A DNA stretch of 55,015 nucleotides from Thermoleophilia bacterium (GCA_014874175.1 JACWAD010000024.1:1-55015); one strand, 5' to 3'. Shown: positions 30,988 through 40,551, counted from the stretch's first letter. The notes: generated from the sequence alone by a model not told the origin. Made by a program: numbers and translations.

Positions 30988-31884
30988 GTGCTGGTCATGG
31001 GCGCGGCATTAAAAAAAGAAGACGAGATAACCAAGGCGCCGCGGCGCGGCGCCCGGGTGATCGAGTTTCCGCTTGGGGGCACGCAGGATGCAAAGCATCC
31101 TGCGTGCCCCCGGGCCTGCAAGTTCCCGCAGCCGGCGAGTGAAAGCCGCCGCAACACGGAGCTGGTCAGCGAGTACCGGAAAAGCAGGGAGCCGGGCCTG
31201 CTGGAGCTGATCGTGAGGCGTAACCAGGGCCTGCTGCACGCTGTGCTGGCGCGCTTTTCCTACTTTCCCGATCCTTACGAGGATCTGCTCCAGGTTGCGA
31301 ACCTGGGTCTGATCAAGGCGGTGCAGCGCTTCGACCCCGGCCGGGGAACGGAATTCTCCAGCTACGCCACCGCCGTCATCGACGGCGAGGTGCGCCATTA
31401 CCTGCGTGACAACGTGCTCATGCGCCAGCCGCGCTGGCTGAGGAAGCTGGAAAAACAGATCGAGGCCGCCTCGGCGGAGTTAACCAGAAAGCTGAAACGG
31501 CCACCAACATTGAAAGAGATCTCACGCGCGGTCAACATCACTGAAGAGGGCGTCATCGAGGTGCTGAGAACAAGCGCCGCGGCGCGGCTGCATCCGGTTG
31601 ACGATCTGCCTGATGGCGCCGGTAGGCACGACCCCGACGCGGGCCGGGTTCACTCGCTTCGTTACGAGTCTTTTTCGCTTCCTGTGGAGGACCGCATCCT
31701 GCTGGAGCAGGCGCTGGACGCATTGGGAGTCTTTCACCACAAGATCATCTTTCTGCTTTTCTACCGCGGTCTGACACAGACTGAGGCGGCTGCCGAGATG
31801 GGGCTGTCGCAGCGGCAGGTATCGCGCGAATCAGCCAGGGCGCTGGACCGGTTGAGGGCTATTCTGAATACGAAGATCTTTTAA
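30988..31884 (+). CDS. SigB/SigF/SigG-family RNA polymerase sigma factor
   Basis: EDLLQVA.LGLIKAV.RFDP.RG..FSSYA..IDGEVRHYLRD; region 4 HTH TQ.E.A..MG.SQ.QVSR. Confidence 0.9.
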   Translation: MLVMGAALKKEDEITKAPRRGARVIEFPLGGTQDAKHPACPRACKFPQPASESRRNTELVSEYRKSREPGLLELIVRRNQGLLHAVLARFSYFPDPYEDLLQVANLGLIKAVQRFDPGRGTEFSSYATAVIDGEVRHYLRDNVLMRQPRWLRKLEKQIEAASAELTRKLKRPPTLKEISRAVNITEEGVIEVLRTSAAARLHPVDDLPDGAGRHDPDAGRVHSLRYESFSLPVEDRILLEQALDALGVFHHKIIFLLFYRGLTQTEAAAEMGLSQRQVSRESARALDRLRAILNTKIF

Positions 31885-31905
31885 CGTTTCACGTTTCACG
31901 GTTTC
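31884..31905 (+). repeat. Short heptamer array (ACGTTTC)n
   Basis: acgtttc acgtttc acggtttc; the same unit occurs at 48034. Confidence 0.55.
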
Positions 31906-31939
31906 ATTTCACCTGATCGGACATCTCTTCAGAAAGCGT

Positions 31940-31966
31940 TTAATGTTTCTTGCAAACTGCCGATTA
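31940..31966 (+). promoter_or_regulatory. Candidate sigma28 (FliA/WhiG)-type promoter for the major pilin
   Basis: TTAA-N15-GCCGATTA. Confidence 0.5.
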
Positions 31967-32034
31967 AGGAAAGGAATCACTTCACGTCCCTGACAGGTTG
32001 TCTAGGAAAAAAGCAGTTGGGTATCATGGGGATG

Positions 32035-32130
32035 AAGGTGAAAATGGCAAACCATCCGTGAGGGTGGGGCGCAAAGCCACAGGGCCAGGTAAATGAAATG
32101 TGTTAGGTCTGGCCGGCTGGGTTGCCACCA
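32035..32130 (+). ncRNA. Cyclic di-GMP-I (GEMM) riboswitch aptamer
   Basis: GGCAAACC-atcc-GTGA-gggt-GGGGCGCAAAGCC-acaggg...GGCTGGGTTGCC; P1 GGTG/CACC; equivalents of G20 and C92 present. Confidence 0.92.
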
Positions 32131-32148
32131 GAGATCGCAGCAAAGCAG

Positions 32149-32187
32149 AAGGATCTGTGGTTTTTGCCGGGCCGCAGATCCTTTTTT
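32149..32187 (+). terminator. Riboswitch expression-platform terminator
   Basis: aaggatctgtggt...gccgcagatcctt followed by a T run, upstream of the pilin start. Confidence 0.85.
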
Positions 32188-32231
32188 GTGGCTGTTTGTA
32201 AGGAAATTGAACGCCGGAAGGGGGTGACATC

Positions 32232-32642
32232 ATGTCAATGAAGATCAGGAGAAGGATGCAGGCGGGTGGAGGCGGTGAAGGCGGTTTCACGCTGATCGAG
32301 CTGCTGGTGGTGATCATTATCATCGGCATTCTGGCGGCAATCGCGATTCCGATCTACCTGAGCCAGCGGACAAAAGCAAACGACTCCACCGCACAGAGCG
32401 ATCTGCGCAACGCTGCTGTTGCCGAAACGGCGTATTACGGCGCCAATAACACGTTCGCCAATACTTTGGCAGAGCTTAGCAGCCAGGGGTTTAACCCTAC
32501 CACAAATGATGTTGTGACATTCGGTGCGGTCAACAACTCGGACTACTGTGTGGTTGCCACTATGCCCGGCGGCAGCGGTGCGTGGTATTTGTCTGGGGTT
32601 AAAGCCACTTCGCCGACCCAAACGAAACCGAGCGATTGCTAG
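32232..32642 (+). CDS. pilA: Major type IV pilin
   Basis: G|FTLIELLVVIIIIGILAAIAIP prepilin motif; C-terminal Cys pair; has its own RBS and terminator. Confidence 0.9.
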   Translation: MSMKIRRRMQAGGGGEGGFTLIELLVVIIIIGILAAIAIPIYLSQRTKANDSTAQSDLRNAAVAETAYYGANNTFANTLAELSSQGFNPTTNDVVTFGAVNNSDYCVVATMPGGSGAWYLSGVKATSPTQTKPSDC

Positions 32643-32658
32643 GCGAGCGATTGCTAGG
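32629..32658 (+). repeat. 15-bp tandem duplication spanning the pilin stop codon
   Basis: cgagcgattgctagg repeated twice. Confidence 0.85.
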
Positions 32659-32683
32659 CAGTTGACACAGGTTGTTTCCAGAC

Positions 32684-32711
32684 AAGGGGCGGATCGCAGA
32701 TCCGCCCCTTT
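32684..32711 (+). terminator. Pilin terminator
   Basis: aaggggcggatc-gca-gatccgcccctt-t. Confidence 0.8.
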
Positions 32712-32835
32712 GTGTGTGCTGCGCGCTCGGACCTCAAGGAAGGGGCCTAGCCGGCGCTTATAAATCTTTATTCAGCGGCCGATAGAGATTACAGGAGGCC
32801 TTGCAAGGCAGGCTGGCCGATGCGGGGATTTTCCG

Positions 32836-33345
32836 TTGCCGGAAAAAAGAGACATCAACAGCAGGGACAAGCCGCAGAAGAATAGCGCGCCGGCTGCCGG
32901 CGCGCTGCTGGGCGGCCGTGACGGATTCACCATGATTGAGCTGGTGGTAGTAATGGTGCTGATAGGCATCATCATGGCCATTTCGGTTACCGGATGGTCT
33001 TATTACCAGGCCAAGAGGGAGCTGGGGACGGCAGAAAGGGAGCTGACCACCGAGATACGGGATGCGCAGTCAATGGCTGTCGCCACAGGCAACAAGTACC
33101 AGCTTGATTTCAGCGATCCCTCGCGGACGCTTTACAAGCTTGAGTACTGGAACGGCAGCGGCTGGACGGATGCGGGCGATCATCATCTGCCGGGAGGCGT
33201 TCAGTTTGACTCGTCATCGACCGGCGCCATTGATTTTTACGCCCGCGGCACTTCGGACAGCGGCAGCCTGGTGCTGGACGGGCGGCTTGGCAAGACCGGG
33301 ACGGTGCAGGTGAGCGGGGAGACTGCCAACGTAACAACGAGTTAA
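32836..33345 (+). CDS. Minor pilin (FimT/GspH-like)
   Basis: G|FTMIELVVV; AQS.A and F..RG motifs. Confidence 0.85.
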   Translation: MPEKRDINSRDKPQKNSAPAAGALLGGRDGFTMIELVVVMVLIGIIMAISVTGWSYYQAKRELGTAERELTTEIRDAQSMAVATGNKYQLDFSDPSRTLYKLEYWNGSGWTDAGDHHLPGGVQFDSSSTGAIDFYARGTSDSGSLVLDGRLGKTGTVQVSGETANVTTS

Positions 33346-33360
33346 GGGGATTGAAGGACG

Positions 33361-35139
33361 ATGCGGGCAGCCCGAAAGACAAAAGCTTTGCGGAAAGCGG
33401 CGGCGTTTCCTGGCCGCCTTGGCAGCGATGCCGGCGTGACCCTGATTGAGGTCATTGTGGCCATGTCCATTTTCCTGGTCATTGCCACGGCCGTGGCCGG
33501 CGCCATGACCATGGGGCTGGGATCGACGGCCAAGGCGCGTGTGGCAACCGGCGGCAAGGCGGCGGCCCAGGCGCTGGCAGAGGAGATGAAATCGCGCGTC
33601 TTTTACGTGCCTCACAGCAATACTTCTGACGCCGTTGACCTGCTTGCCAAATATTACCCTAATGTAAACACCAGCAAGACCACCGACGCCCAGGGATGGA
33701 CAGGCTGGTACACGAGCGGCAGCGGCGACGCATACTATACCAAGGTCTCCCCGGCAAACAATAACGGCATCATCCTGACTGCGGTGACCCGCTTTGTTGA
33801 CAACTCCGGCAATATCATTACGCCGGCGGCTACCTACGATTCCGGCAAATCGGGACAGGACTACCCCCCCAGCTTGCTGGTCAAGGTTCAGATCACCGCT
33901 TCCTGGCAGTACGGGGGCCAGGACAAGAGCTATGTTCTTAACACCGAGATCGCCGCTACCAGCGAAACCAACTGCCCGCAGTCATCCAACAGCCACGCCG
34001 ATGTCACCGGCGCCATTTACTCGGTTTCGACTGGAACGGCCGATCCTTACGCGGATTTCGTGGACGGGAGTTTTGGCGACGCGCATGTTTCAACCGGCTT
34101 TGGCTGCAGCCCCAGTGCCCAGGCCGGCGCCACCGGCGGCCAGATGACGCCGTTTGGCGGCAGCACCGCCACGGGGGCGACGGTGGCAGTCAAGGGGCCT
34201 CCGGACAACGACCAGTCGGCAGGGCCTTCAGACCTGACCATGAGCACGTGGCCGGCGCTGAGCCTGACCCAGAGCTCCGCCCACGCAAACGAGAACAGCG
34301 GCGGCCAGAACCAGGCGGCGGCAGAGGGGGACGCTACCGTGCAGACGCAGGCGCTTGACCTTGAGCAACTGGCCACTCCTTCCGATGACAGCGCCAGCGG
34401 CTATATGCGCTGGAATTTCGTCAACCCGGCAGTGACCATTACGGGCAACAACAAGAACGGCGATGACGACGATAAGTGCGAAGATGACGACGGCGGCGAC
34501 GACGGCGAAGGCTGCTCGCAGATGGTGTTCGCCAATCTGGGCCAGCGGGACGGCGTCACCGACGCAAACGCGCATGTCGAATACCAGCAGGTCAACATTC
34601 TGCCGCTGAAAGCAGTCTCAAGCCAGGCCAGCACAACTCCCGCCGCCGTGCAGGGGCTGGTGTTTGTGAGGAAATTCAAGGCCGACGCCAACAGCAAGGT
34701 CAGCGGCCAGCCGGGCGAGATTACCAACAACCTCTCCTATTCAGCAGAGGTCGGCATTTTCAATCCTTACAAACAGGGATGCTCGGCGAGTAATGACGAC
34801 GAAGACCAATGCTATGACATTTACTCTGTAAACGGAACGAGCAACACCAGCAACCTCCAGTCGGTTATTGCTTTGGACCCGTCGAAATATCCGTTGCAAA
34901 GCGCGCTGTTTACAGAGTGGCAGAGCTTTTCCAGCACTGACATCGCGGGCGCCATGGCGGCTTCTGCGGACGGCACCACTGCTTCGATCAGCGCCGACGC
35001 CCTGATGAAGATGACAGCCAAATTCGGCGCAGAAGTAAGGATGAACCAGAGCGACGGCTCGGTGGTGCTTGTAAATCAGGTGGGAACCCAGCAGGTGTGG
35101 CTGGGAGCGATAAATGTCTCCGTTTTACAAAACCAGTAA
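33361..35139 (+). CDS. Large minor pilin (PilV-like N-terminus plus a 550-aa putative adhesin domain)
   Basis: G|VTLIEVIVAM; S/T/G-rich beta-type body. Confidence 0.8.
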   Translation: MRAARKTKALRKAAAFPGRLGSDAGVTLIEVIVAMSIFLVIATAVAGAMTMGLGSTAKARVATGGKAAAQALAEEMKSRVFYVPHSNTSDAVDLLAKYYPNVNTSKTTDAQGWTGWYTSGSGDAYYTKVSPANNNGIILTAVTRFVDNSGNIITPAATYDSGKSGQDYPPSLLVKVQITASWQYGGQDKSYVLNTEIAATSETNCPQSSNSHADVTGAIYSVSTGTADPYADFVDGSFGDAHVSTGFGCSPSAQAGATGGQMTPFGGSTATGATVAVKGPPDNDQSAGPSDLTMSTWPALSLTQSSAHANENSGGQNQAAAEGDATVQTQALDLEQLATPSDDSASGYMRWNFVNPAVTITGNNKNGDDDDKCEDDDGGDDGEGCSQMVFANLGQRDGVTDANAHVEYQQVNILPLKAVSSQASTTPAAVQGLVFVRKFKADANSKVSGQPGEITNNLSYSAEVGIFNPYKQGCSASNDDEDQCYDIYSVNGTSNTSNLQSVIALDPSKYPLQSALFTEWQSFSSTDIAGAMAASADGTTASISADALMKMTAKFGAEVRMNQSDGSVVLVNQVGTQQVWLGAINVSVLQNQ

Positions 35140-35746
35140 GGACCGGCGCAGGCTCCTGCGGCGCAGTCCGGCCGGCAGGCAGGCCGGCTTCACCCTGATC
35201 GAGATCCTGGTGACGCTGCTGGTCCTTTCGGTGATAATGGCGGCCATGTTTGGTTTCCTCTGGGCCATGAGCGGTTACTGGAAGAAGGGGCAGAACACGG
35301 CGGACATGACCCAGAACGCGCGCCTGGGACTAAACCGCATGACCCGGGAGCTGTCGCAGGCGGCCCAGGTGACGGTGGCCGAGCCCGGCAGGGTTTCATT
35401 CTCAGTCAATTTCAACGACAGCTCCGGCTGGCAGACAGTTACTTATGGCTTTGCGCCGGGCGGCAACGGGGCGCCGGGAACAGTGTGGCGCATGTCATCG
35501 ACCAACATGCAGCAGGTGACCCTTATCAGTGATGTAAGCAGAGCCGCATTCAGCTATTTTGGCAATGATTACAAGTGCGACGCCGACAACGACGCCGTTG
35601 TCACCCTGGCAGATATCAACCAGAGCTGCGGCGGCAACCTGGGCAAGGTCGGCCGCGTCGACATCAGCCTGACGATGGCGGCCGGAAACAGCCCGCAGCA
35701 GACCATCGCCGATCAGGCCTGGCTCAGGAACCGTCCCATAAGTTGA
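35114..35746 (+). CDS. Minor pilin (PilW/GspJ-like)
   Basis: G|FTLIEILV; QNAR..L.RM.REL..A. Confidence 0.85.
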   Translation: MSPFYKTSKDRRRLLRRSPAGRQAGFTLIEILVTLLVLSVIMAAMFGFLWAMSGYWKKGQNTADMTQNARLGLNRMTRELSQAAQVTVAEPGRVSFSVNFNDSSGWQTVTYGFAPGGNGAPGTVWRMSSTNMQQVTLISDVSRAAFSYFGNDYKCDADNDAVVTLADINQSCGGNLGKVGRVDISLTMAAGNSPQQTIADQAWLRNRPIS

Positions 35747-35754
35747 GGTTTGTC

Positions 35755-37080
35755 ATGAAAACTATTTGCAAACATTTGCTTGAGCGGCTGCGGACCGGCG
35801 CGGATGCCGGCGTGGCCATGGTCACCGTGATTATCATGTCGGCGGTGCTGCTACTGATGGGCACCGGCATGTATTACGTCGCCACCAGCGAGCAGGCCAT
35901 GACCCGGGGCAACAACGTCGGCGGCCAGGCTTTCTACTATGCCGAAGGCGGAGTGGAAAACGTGCTGGACATACTTAACTACCAGGCCACAGAGTACCAG
36001 TTGACCCAGCAGCGGCAAGGCGGCACGTATTTAATGGACCCGGACCCCAGCCTGCGCCAGAATCCGCCCCATCCGGTCACTGTCACAGTCGGCAACCAGG
36101 CTTACAAGGTCTGGGTCGATGAGGTTGACCAGTACGGCAATCACTGCAGCGGCTGCGGGCTGGTCCCCACCAGCAAAAACCCTGCCTACCTGATGGTCTA
36201 CGCCGAAGGGCAGGCATCCGAGGGGTACCGGAAGCTGCAGCAGCAGGTGACCCTGACGCCCACCGGCTACCCGCTCGATTTCTTCATCAACGGGGACGTC
36301 ACCATTAATGGTAACGAAACCCTCACAAACCAGAGCCTGTTTGCGAACGGCTACGTGGCCGGCCGCAAGTTCCTGACCGTGAGCGGCACCGACGGCACCT
36401 ACGGCATGCCGGCGGGAGTTTTTGCCACCGGGCGGATTTATGCAAACTCCAACAAGAATTGCCCCATTTATACAACCGACGGGGATGAAAACAGCGGGTG
36501 CTGGAACCCCAACTATAACTATATCAACGACCGCGACCAGTACGGCCCCGCCGACAACCCGTTCTCGACGTCCGCCCTGCAGGGCTACTTTAATTATGGC
36601 GGCGGCCTCACCACCACGCAGCTGGCGACGTTGCAAAGCCAGGCCCAGGCCTCGGGTTATTACAACGGCAACGCCAGCGGCAGCCTCACCATCCAGCAAG
36701 GCGACCTGCCGAACCGCACGGGCGATATAGTGATCTACGTCAACTTTCCTTCAGGAAATCCCCAAAATAACATGGCCGATCTGAAGTTCTCCTGGCCGCC
36801 TAACTCATCTTATTCGGGCAAGGCGATAATTGTAGTCCTAAACGGCAGCATCACCATGGAAGGCGGCGCCATCGGCCAGACAACCGCAGTCATCTATTGC
36901 CCCAACGGCACCGTCACCGCGCACGGCAGCGGCAGCCAGACCTTCAACGGGTTTGTCTGGGGTGCCGGACTTACAGATAAGGGCAACTTTACTTTCAACC
37001 TGACGCGGGAGATGGTCAATGACCCGCCCTTCTTCTCCTGGAGCGTCACCAGGGGGACCTGGCAGCAGGATGACCAGTAG
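35755..37080 (+). CDS. PilX/GspK-like minor pilin
   Basis: G|VAMVTV (no E5); AFYYAEGG motif; C-terminal W.Q; start reassigned to ATG 35755. Confidence 0.82.
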   Translation: MKTICKHLLERLRTGADAGVAMVTVIIMSAVLLLMGTGMYYVATSEQAMTRGNNVGGQAFYYAEGGVENVLDILNYQATEYQLTQQRQGGTYLMDPDPSLRQNPPHPVTVTVGNQAYKVWVDEVDQYGNHCSGCGLVPTSKNPAYLMVYAEGQASEGYRKLQQQVTLTPTGYPLDFFINGDVTINGNETLTNQSLFANGYVAGRKFLTVSGTDGTYGMPAGVFATGRIYANSNKNCPIYTTDGDENSGCWNPNYNYINDRDQYGPADNPFSTSALQGYFNYGGGLTTTQLATLQSQAQASGYYNGNASGSLTIQQGDLPNRTGDIVIYVNFPSGNPQNNMADLKFSWPPNSSYSGKAIIVVLNGSITMEGGAIGQTTAVIYCPNGTVTAHGSGSQTFNGFVWGAGLTDKGNFTFNLTREMVNDPPFFSWSVTRGTWQQDDQ

Positions 37081-37150
37081 GGGCGGCCGTGCAGGCCCCC
37101 GGGGCGGCGTATGCTGCGCCCCCGGCGTCCTGTGGCAGAGCTGCAAAGCC

Positions 37151-37183
37151 AGCCGGCGGTTATGAGGCCGCCGGTTTTGTTTT
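37151..37183 (+). terminator. Terminator of the minor-pilin operon
   Basis: agccggcggtt...ggccgccggtt-ttgtttt. Confidence 0.7.
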
Positions 37184-37240
37184 GGAATGGAGGCAATTGG
37201 ACAATTTTGTCAAAAAATGTGAAGGGGAACGGACAATAAT

Positions 37241-37888
37241 TTGCCAAAAATCATCGACATATCAGCGCCAATCCATAACGGCATGGTTGTCTATCCCGGT
37301 GACGCGGGAGCCGCCGTTGAGCCGTTTCACCGGATCGCCAAAGGCGACGCCGCCAACCTCTCCGAGCTGAAGCTGGGCTCGCATACGGGCACGCATGTGG
37401 ACGCGCCCCGGCATTTTGTCGAAGGGGCCGAGCCCGTCGACCGGTTGCCGCTTGACGTGCTGATCGGTGAGGCCAGGGTGCTGGACCTGACGGGGGTGGA
37501 GAGCCGGGTAACGCCGGCTGATCTGGAGCAAGCCGGCGTTGGCGACGCCATTCGCATCCTGCTCAAAACCTCAAACTCGCAGCTTTGGAAAAGTACAGAA
37601 TTCAGCAAGGAATATGTTTCATTGTCAAACGAGTCGGCGGATTTCCTCGTCGCCAGAGGCGTAAAGCTGGTGGCGATCGACTACCTTTCCATTGAGCGCT
37701 TTCACCCGGAAAGGCATTACATTCATGAGACCTTGCTGGGAGCGCCGGTAATTATCGTCGAAGGCGTCAACCTCTCCGCGGTCAAGCCGGGGGACTACCA
37801 GCTTGTTTGCCTGCCGCTTAAAATCAGGGAGGGGGACGGCGCTCCGGCGCGGGCCGTGCTGATAGAAAACCACAATCCGTCATTCTGA
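37241..37888 (+). CDS. Cyclase family metal hydrolase (kynurenine formamidase-like)
   Basis: HTGTHVDAPRH, IDYLS and DGAPARA motifs. Confidence 0.9.
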   Translation: MPKIIDISAPIHNGMVVYPGDAGAAVEPFHRIAKGDAANLSELKLGSHTGTHVDAPRHFVEGAEPVDRLPLDVLIGEARVLDLTGVESRVTPADLEQAGVGDAIRILLKTSNSQLWKSTEFSKEYVSLSNESADFLVARGVKLVAIDYLSIERFHPERHYIHETLLGAPVIIVEGVNLSAVKPGDYQLVCLPLKIREGDGAPARAVLIENHNPSF

Positions 37889-37979
37889 GCCGCCCCTTCG
37901 ACTTCGCTCAGGGCAGGCTTGGCGGCAAAGAATCTCTCAATCTTGCAAACCCGGGATCCTTCGCTGCGCCCAGGATGAC
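37878..37979. repeat. REP-like element; contains the stop codon of the cyclase gene
   Basis: cgtcattctgagcc...aagaatct...ggatccttcgc...caggatgac. Confidence 0.8.
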
Positions 37980-38057
37980 TGTAAGTAGGACGGCATGCCG
38001 GCGCTCGGGATGACTAAAAGTGGATGAGGATGACGGCAAGCAGGAGGCATGCGTGTC

Positions 38058-40301
38058 CTATTCCGTCATAATTATCCGCACCGGTCCCTCTTTTTCCGTG
38101 ACCACGAATGAGGTTACATCGCCGTCGCGACGGAATTTAAGCGACAGGGTGGAGCCGCCGATGCGCATGTCCCTGATGTCGGTCTCCCGGAGCCAGGCCG
38201 GCAGCGACGGCGATTCAATGTAAATGGCGTTGCCGGGAGCATCCGCCCTGATGCCCAGCATTGCCTGCAGGATCATGAAGATGGAGCCGGAGGCCCATGC
38301 CTGAGGGCTGCAGGCCACGGGGTAGTTGACCGGCCGGCTCATTGACCTCTTGGTGAAGCCGCAGAAGAGCTCCGGCAGCCGGAAATAGTCATAATGAAGC
38401 GCGGCGTCAAAGAGGCCAGAGCTGACCTGGTTGGCGGCCTCGGCAAAGCCGTAGTTTTTCAGGCCGCGAATGATAATGGCGTTGTCGTGCGGCCAGACGC
38501 TGCCATTGTGGTAGCTCATCGGGTTGTAGTTAAGCGACGACTTGCTCATCGTTCTGATGCCCCAGCCGGAGAACATGTCCGGCATCAGCAGGCGCTCGGC
38601 GACCTGGCCGGCGTATCTGTCATCGATAATGCCGGTCCAGAGGCCATGCGCCGGGTTGGACGTGATCGTTTTAACCTGTTTCTTGTCCCGGTCCAGCGCC
38701 ATGGCATAGTAGCCCTCATCCGGCATCCAGAATGCGTCATTGAAACGCTGTTTCAGGCTTCCGGCCTGCCTTTTGAGTTCAGCTGCCCTTTCTTTGTCGC
38801 CGAGAAGCGCAAACAGCTCTCCCATGCGCCGCTTGGCAAGGTACGCGTAGGCCTGCACTTCGGCCAGCGCAATCGGCGTTTCCGCGAGGCGGCCGTCGGC
38901 ATGGACGACCGAGTTGCCGGAGTCCTTCCAGCCCTGATTGACCAGGCCCCGCCTGGATTTGGTCTGGTACTCGATAAAGCCGTCGCCATCAGCGTCGCCG
39001 AAACCGTCCAGCCACTCGAGGGCCTGGTTGATAGGGCTGGTGATCTTTTGCGCTATTTTCAGGTCGCCGGTCCACCTGATGATCTCGGAGATCATGATCA
39101 GGTAAAGGGCGGTGGAATCGGCGCTGCCGAAATAAGGGGTGTGGGGGATGGCCCTGATGTTAGCCAGCTCCCCGCGCCTGATCTCGTGGAAGATCTTGCC
39201 CGGCTCCTCGTCGCGCCAGGGGTCGACGCTCTTGCCCTGAAGCTGCGTAAACACATTGGATGTTTCCACCGCCGGGCGCGTGTCAAGCATCATGATCTGG
39301 AGGCATGTGATAATCGTGTCGCGGCCGAAGGGCGTGACAAACCAGGGCACGCCCGCGCTTAAGAAAAAACCGAACTGGGTTTCCGTGGCCAGCATACGGA
39401 TATCGCGCTGGCTGCTTCTTAGCACTTCAGTAAACAACTCGTTGTCCGTCTCGATCCTGGTGGTGCCTTCGAACCACTTTTCGTAGCTCTTGCGCATTTC
39501 GCCGATCGCCTTGTTGAAGCTGGCGCTCCCGGGGGACCTGGTGGTAGGCAAGACAGGCTCAACGTCAAACTTGACAACGCTGCGCTCCCTGGGCGCGAGG
39601 CGGAAGCGGAAGATGGCCGTGGTGCCCTCGATAGCCGCCGGCGGCGTCTCCAGCCGGATGTAAGTCTTGCGCAGGATGTCATCGAGGCCAAGGTAGGCGA
39701 GCAGGATCGAATCCTGGGTCACCTTAGGAGCCAGCCGCGTGCCAAATTTGGTGCGCCTCGTGCCGCGGACTTCAAACATGTCCGCGAAGTCGGAGTCAAA
39801 CTCGACCTCCAGCGAGATGTCAACCGGGAAGTGGTTATAGTTTTTAATGCGCACCAACTCAAACAGCCTGCCGTTAACCACCCGGATGCGGCGGATATTG
39901 ATTGTTTCCTGGGGGACGACCATGCCCTCGGGCATCATGAAGTCGGCGTTGGTAAGCTCGATCTGGCTCATGAAGGCCCGGTCGGCGGTGGATGACAGCA
40001 GCACCGGGCTCGAGCCAAACAGCGTCATGTTAAAGGTTTTCAGGAAGCGCGTATCCTGAAGATAGAGGCCCAGGCCGGAGGTGTCCTCGGGGGCGATATT
40101 GCCCTCAATATCACTGTAGAGGAACAGCTCGCCTTCCTTCACCACCAGTTTTTCTTTCTTGACATCAACGATGACAAAAGGCTCGCCGTGCGCCAGCACG
40201 CGGCTGGCTTCCTCGGCGAGCACGGTGAAGTATTCTCCGCCAATCTTGACCCGGCGGCCTTCTTTGGCGTCCACGCTTCTTTTGGGGTCGGGGCTCGTCA
40301 T
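38058..40301 (-). CDS. Amylo-alpha-1,6-glucosidase / glycogen debranching family protein
   Basis: GLY..DTRFL, AGVPWF...FGRD, EEPGKI.HE.R, NQGWKDS, YHNGSVWPHD and RLPELFCG motifs. Confidence 0.92.
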   Translation of the reverse strand: MTSPDPKRSVDAKEGRRVKIGGEYFTVLAEEASRVLAHGEPFVIVDVKKEKLVVKEGELFLYSDIEGNIAPEDTSGLGLYLQDTRFLKTFNMTLFGSSPVLLSSTADRAFMSQIELTNADFMMPEGMVVPQETINIRRIRVVNGRLFELVRIKNYNHFPVDISLEVEFDSDFADMFEVRGTRRTKFGTRLAPKVTQDSILLAYLGLDDILRKTYIRLETPPAAIEGTTAIFRFRLAPRERSVVKFDVEPVLPTTRSPGSASFNKAIGEMRKSYEKWFEGTTRIETDNELFTEVLRSSQRDIRMLATETQFGFFLSAGVPWFVTPFGRDTIITCLQIMMLDTRPAVETSNVFTQLQGKSVDPWRDEEPGKIFHEIRRGELANIRAIPHTPYFGSADSTALYLIMISEIIRWTGDLKIAQKITSPINQALEWLDGFGDADGDGFIEYQTKSRRGLVNQGWKDSGNSVVHADGRLAETPIALAEVQAYAYLAKRRMGELFALLGDKERAAELKRQAGSLKQRFNDAFWMPDEGYYAMALDRDKKQVKTITSNPAHGLWTGIIDDRYAGQVAERLLMPDMFSGWGIRTMSKSSLNYNPMSYHNGSVWPHDNAIIIRGLKNYGFAEAANQVSSGLFDAALHYDYFRLPELFCGFTKRSMSRPVNYPVACSPQAWASGSIFMILQAMLGIRADAPGNAIYIESPSLPAWLRETDIRDMRIGGSTLSLKFRRDGDVTSFVVTEKEGPVRIIMTE

Positions 40302-40524
40302 GTCCAGTTTTAAACGGCCAAAAGCCGCTCTGGCTTAAGCATCTTAAATCCTGACCAGTTTTACCCGTTTATTCCGTGCGCTATCTCACATTTTTTCCAG
40401 CCATTCCCGGCGTTTTCCTTTTTTAAATTTTTTGATAGGATTTGAAAAAATTTGTTGGGCTTCCCGTGCTTGCGTAAAAACAGTGAAGGGTTTTAAAGCC
40501 TGGAGAGCCAATTATGAAAAATAT

Positions 40525-40551
40525 GTTTCGCTTGGCTTGGCAAGCGGGTAT
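40525..40551 (+). promoter_or_regulatory. Candidate SigF/SigB-type promoter GTTT-N17-GGGTAT
   Basis: Exact match to the actinobacterial SigF-type consensus, upstream of the radical SAM gene. Confidence 0.45.

Noticed and set aside
32035-32130. 3'3'-cGAMP-sensing GEMM-Ib variant
   Set aside because: The specificity position is G (GGCAAACC), not A.
32232-32642. Electrically conductive (Geobacter-type) e-pilin
   Set aside because: It is a full-length pilin with a globular head and modest aromatic content; the sequence gives no support.
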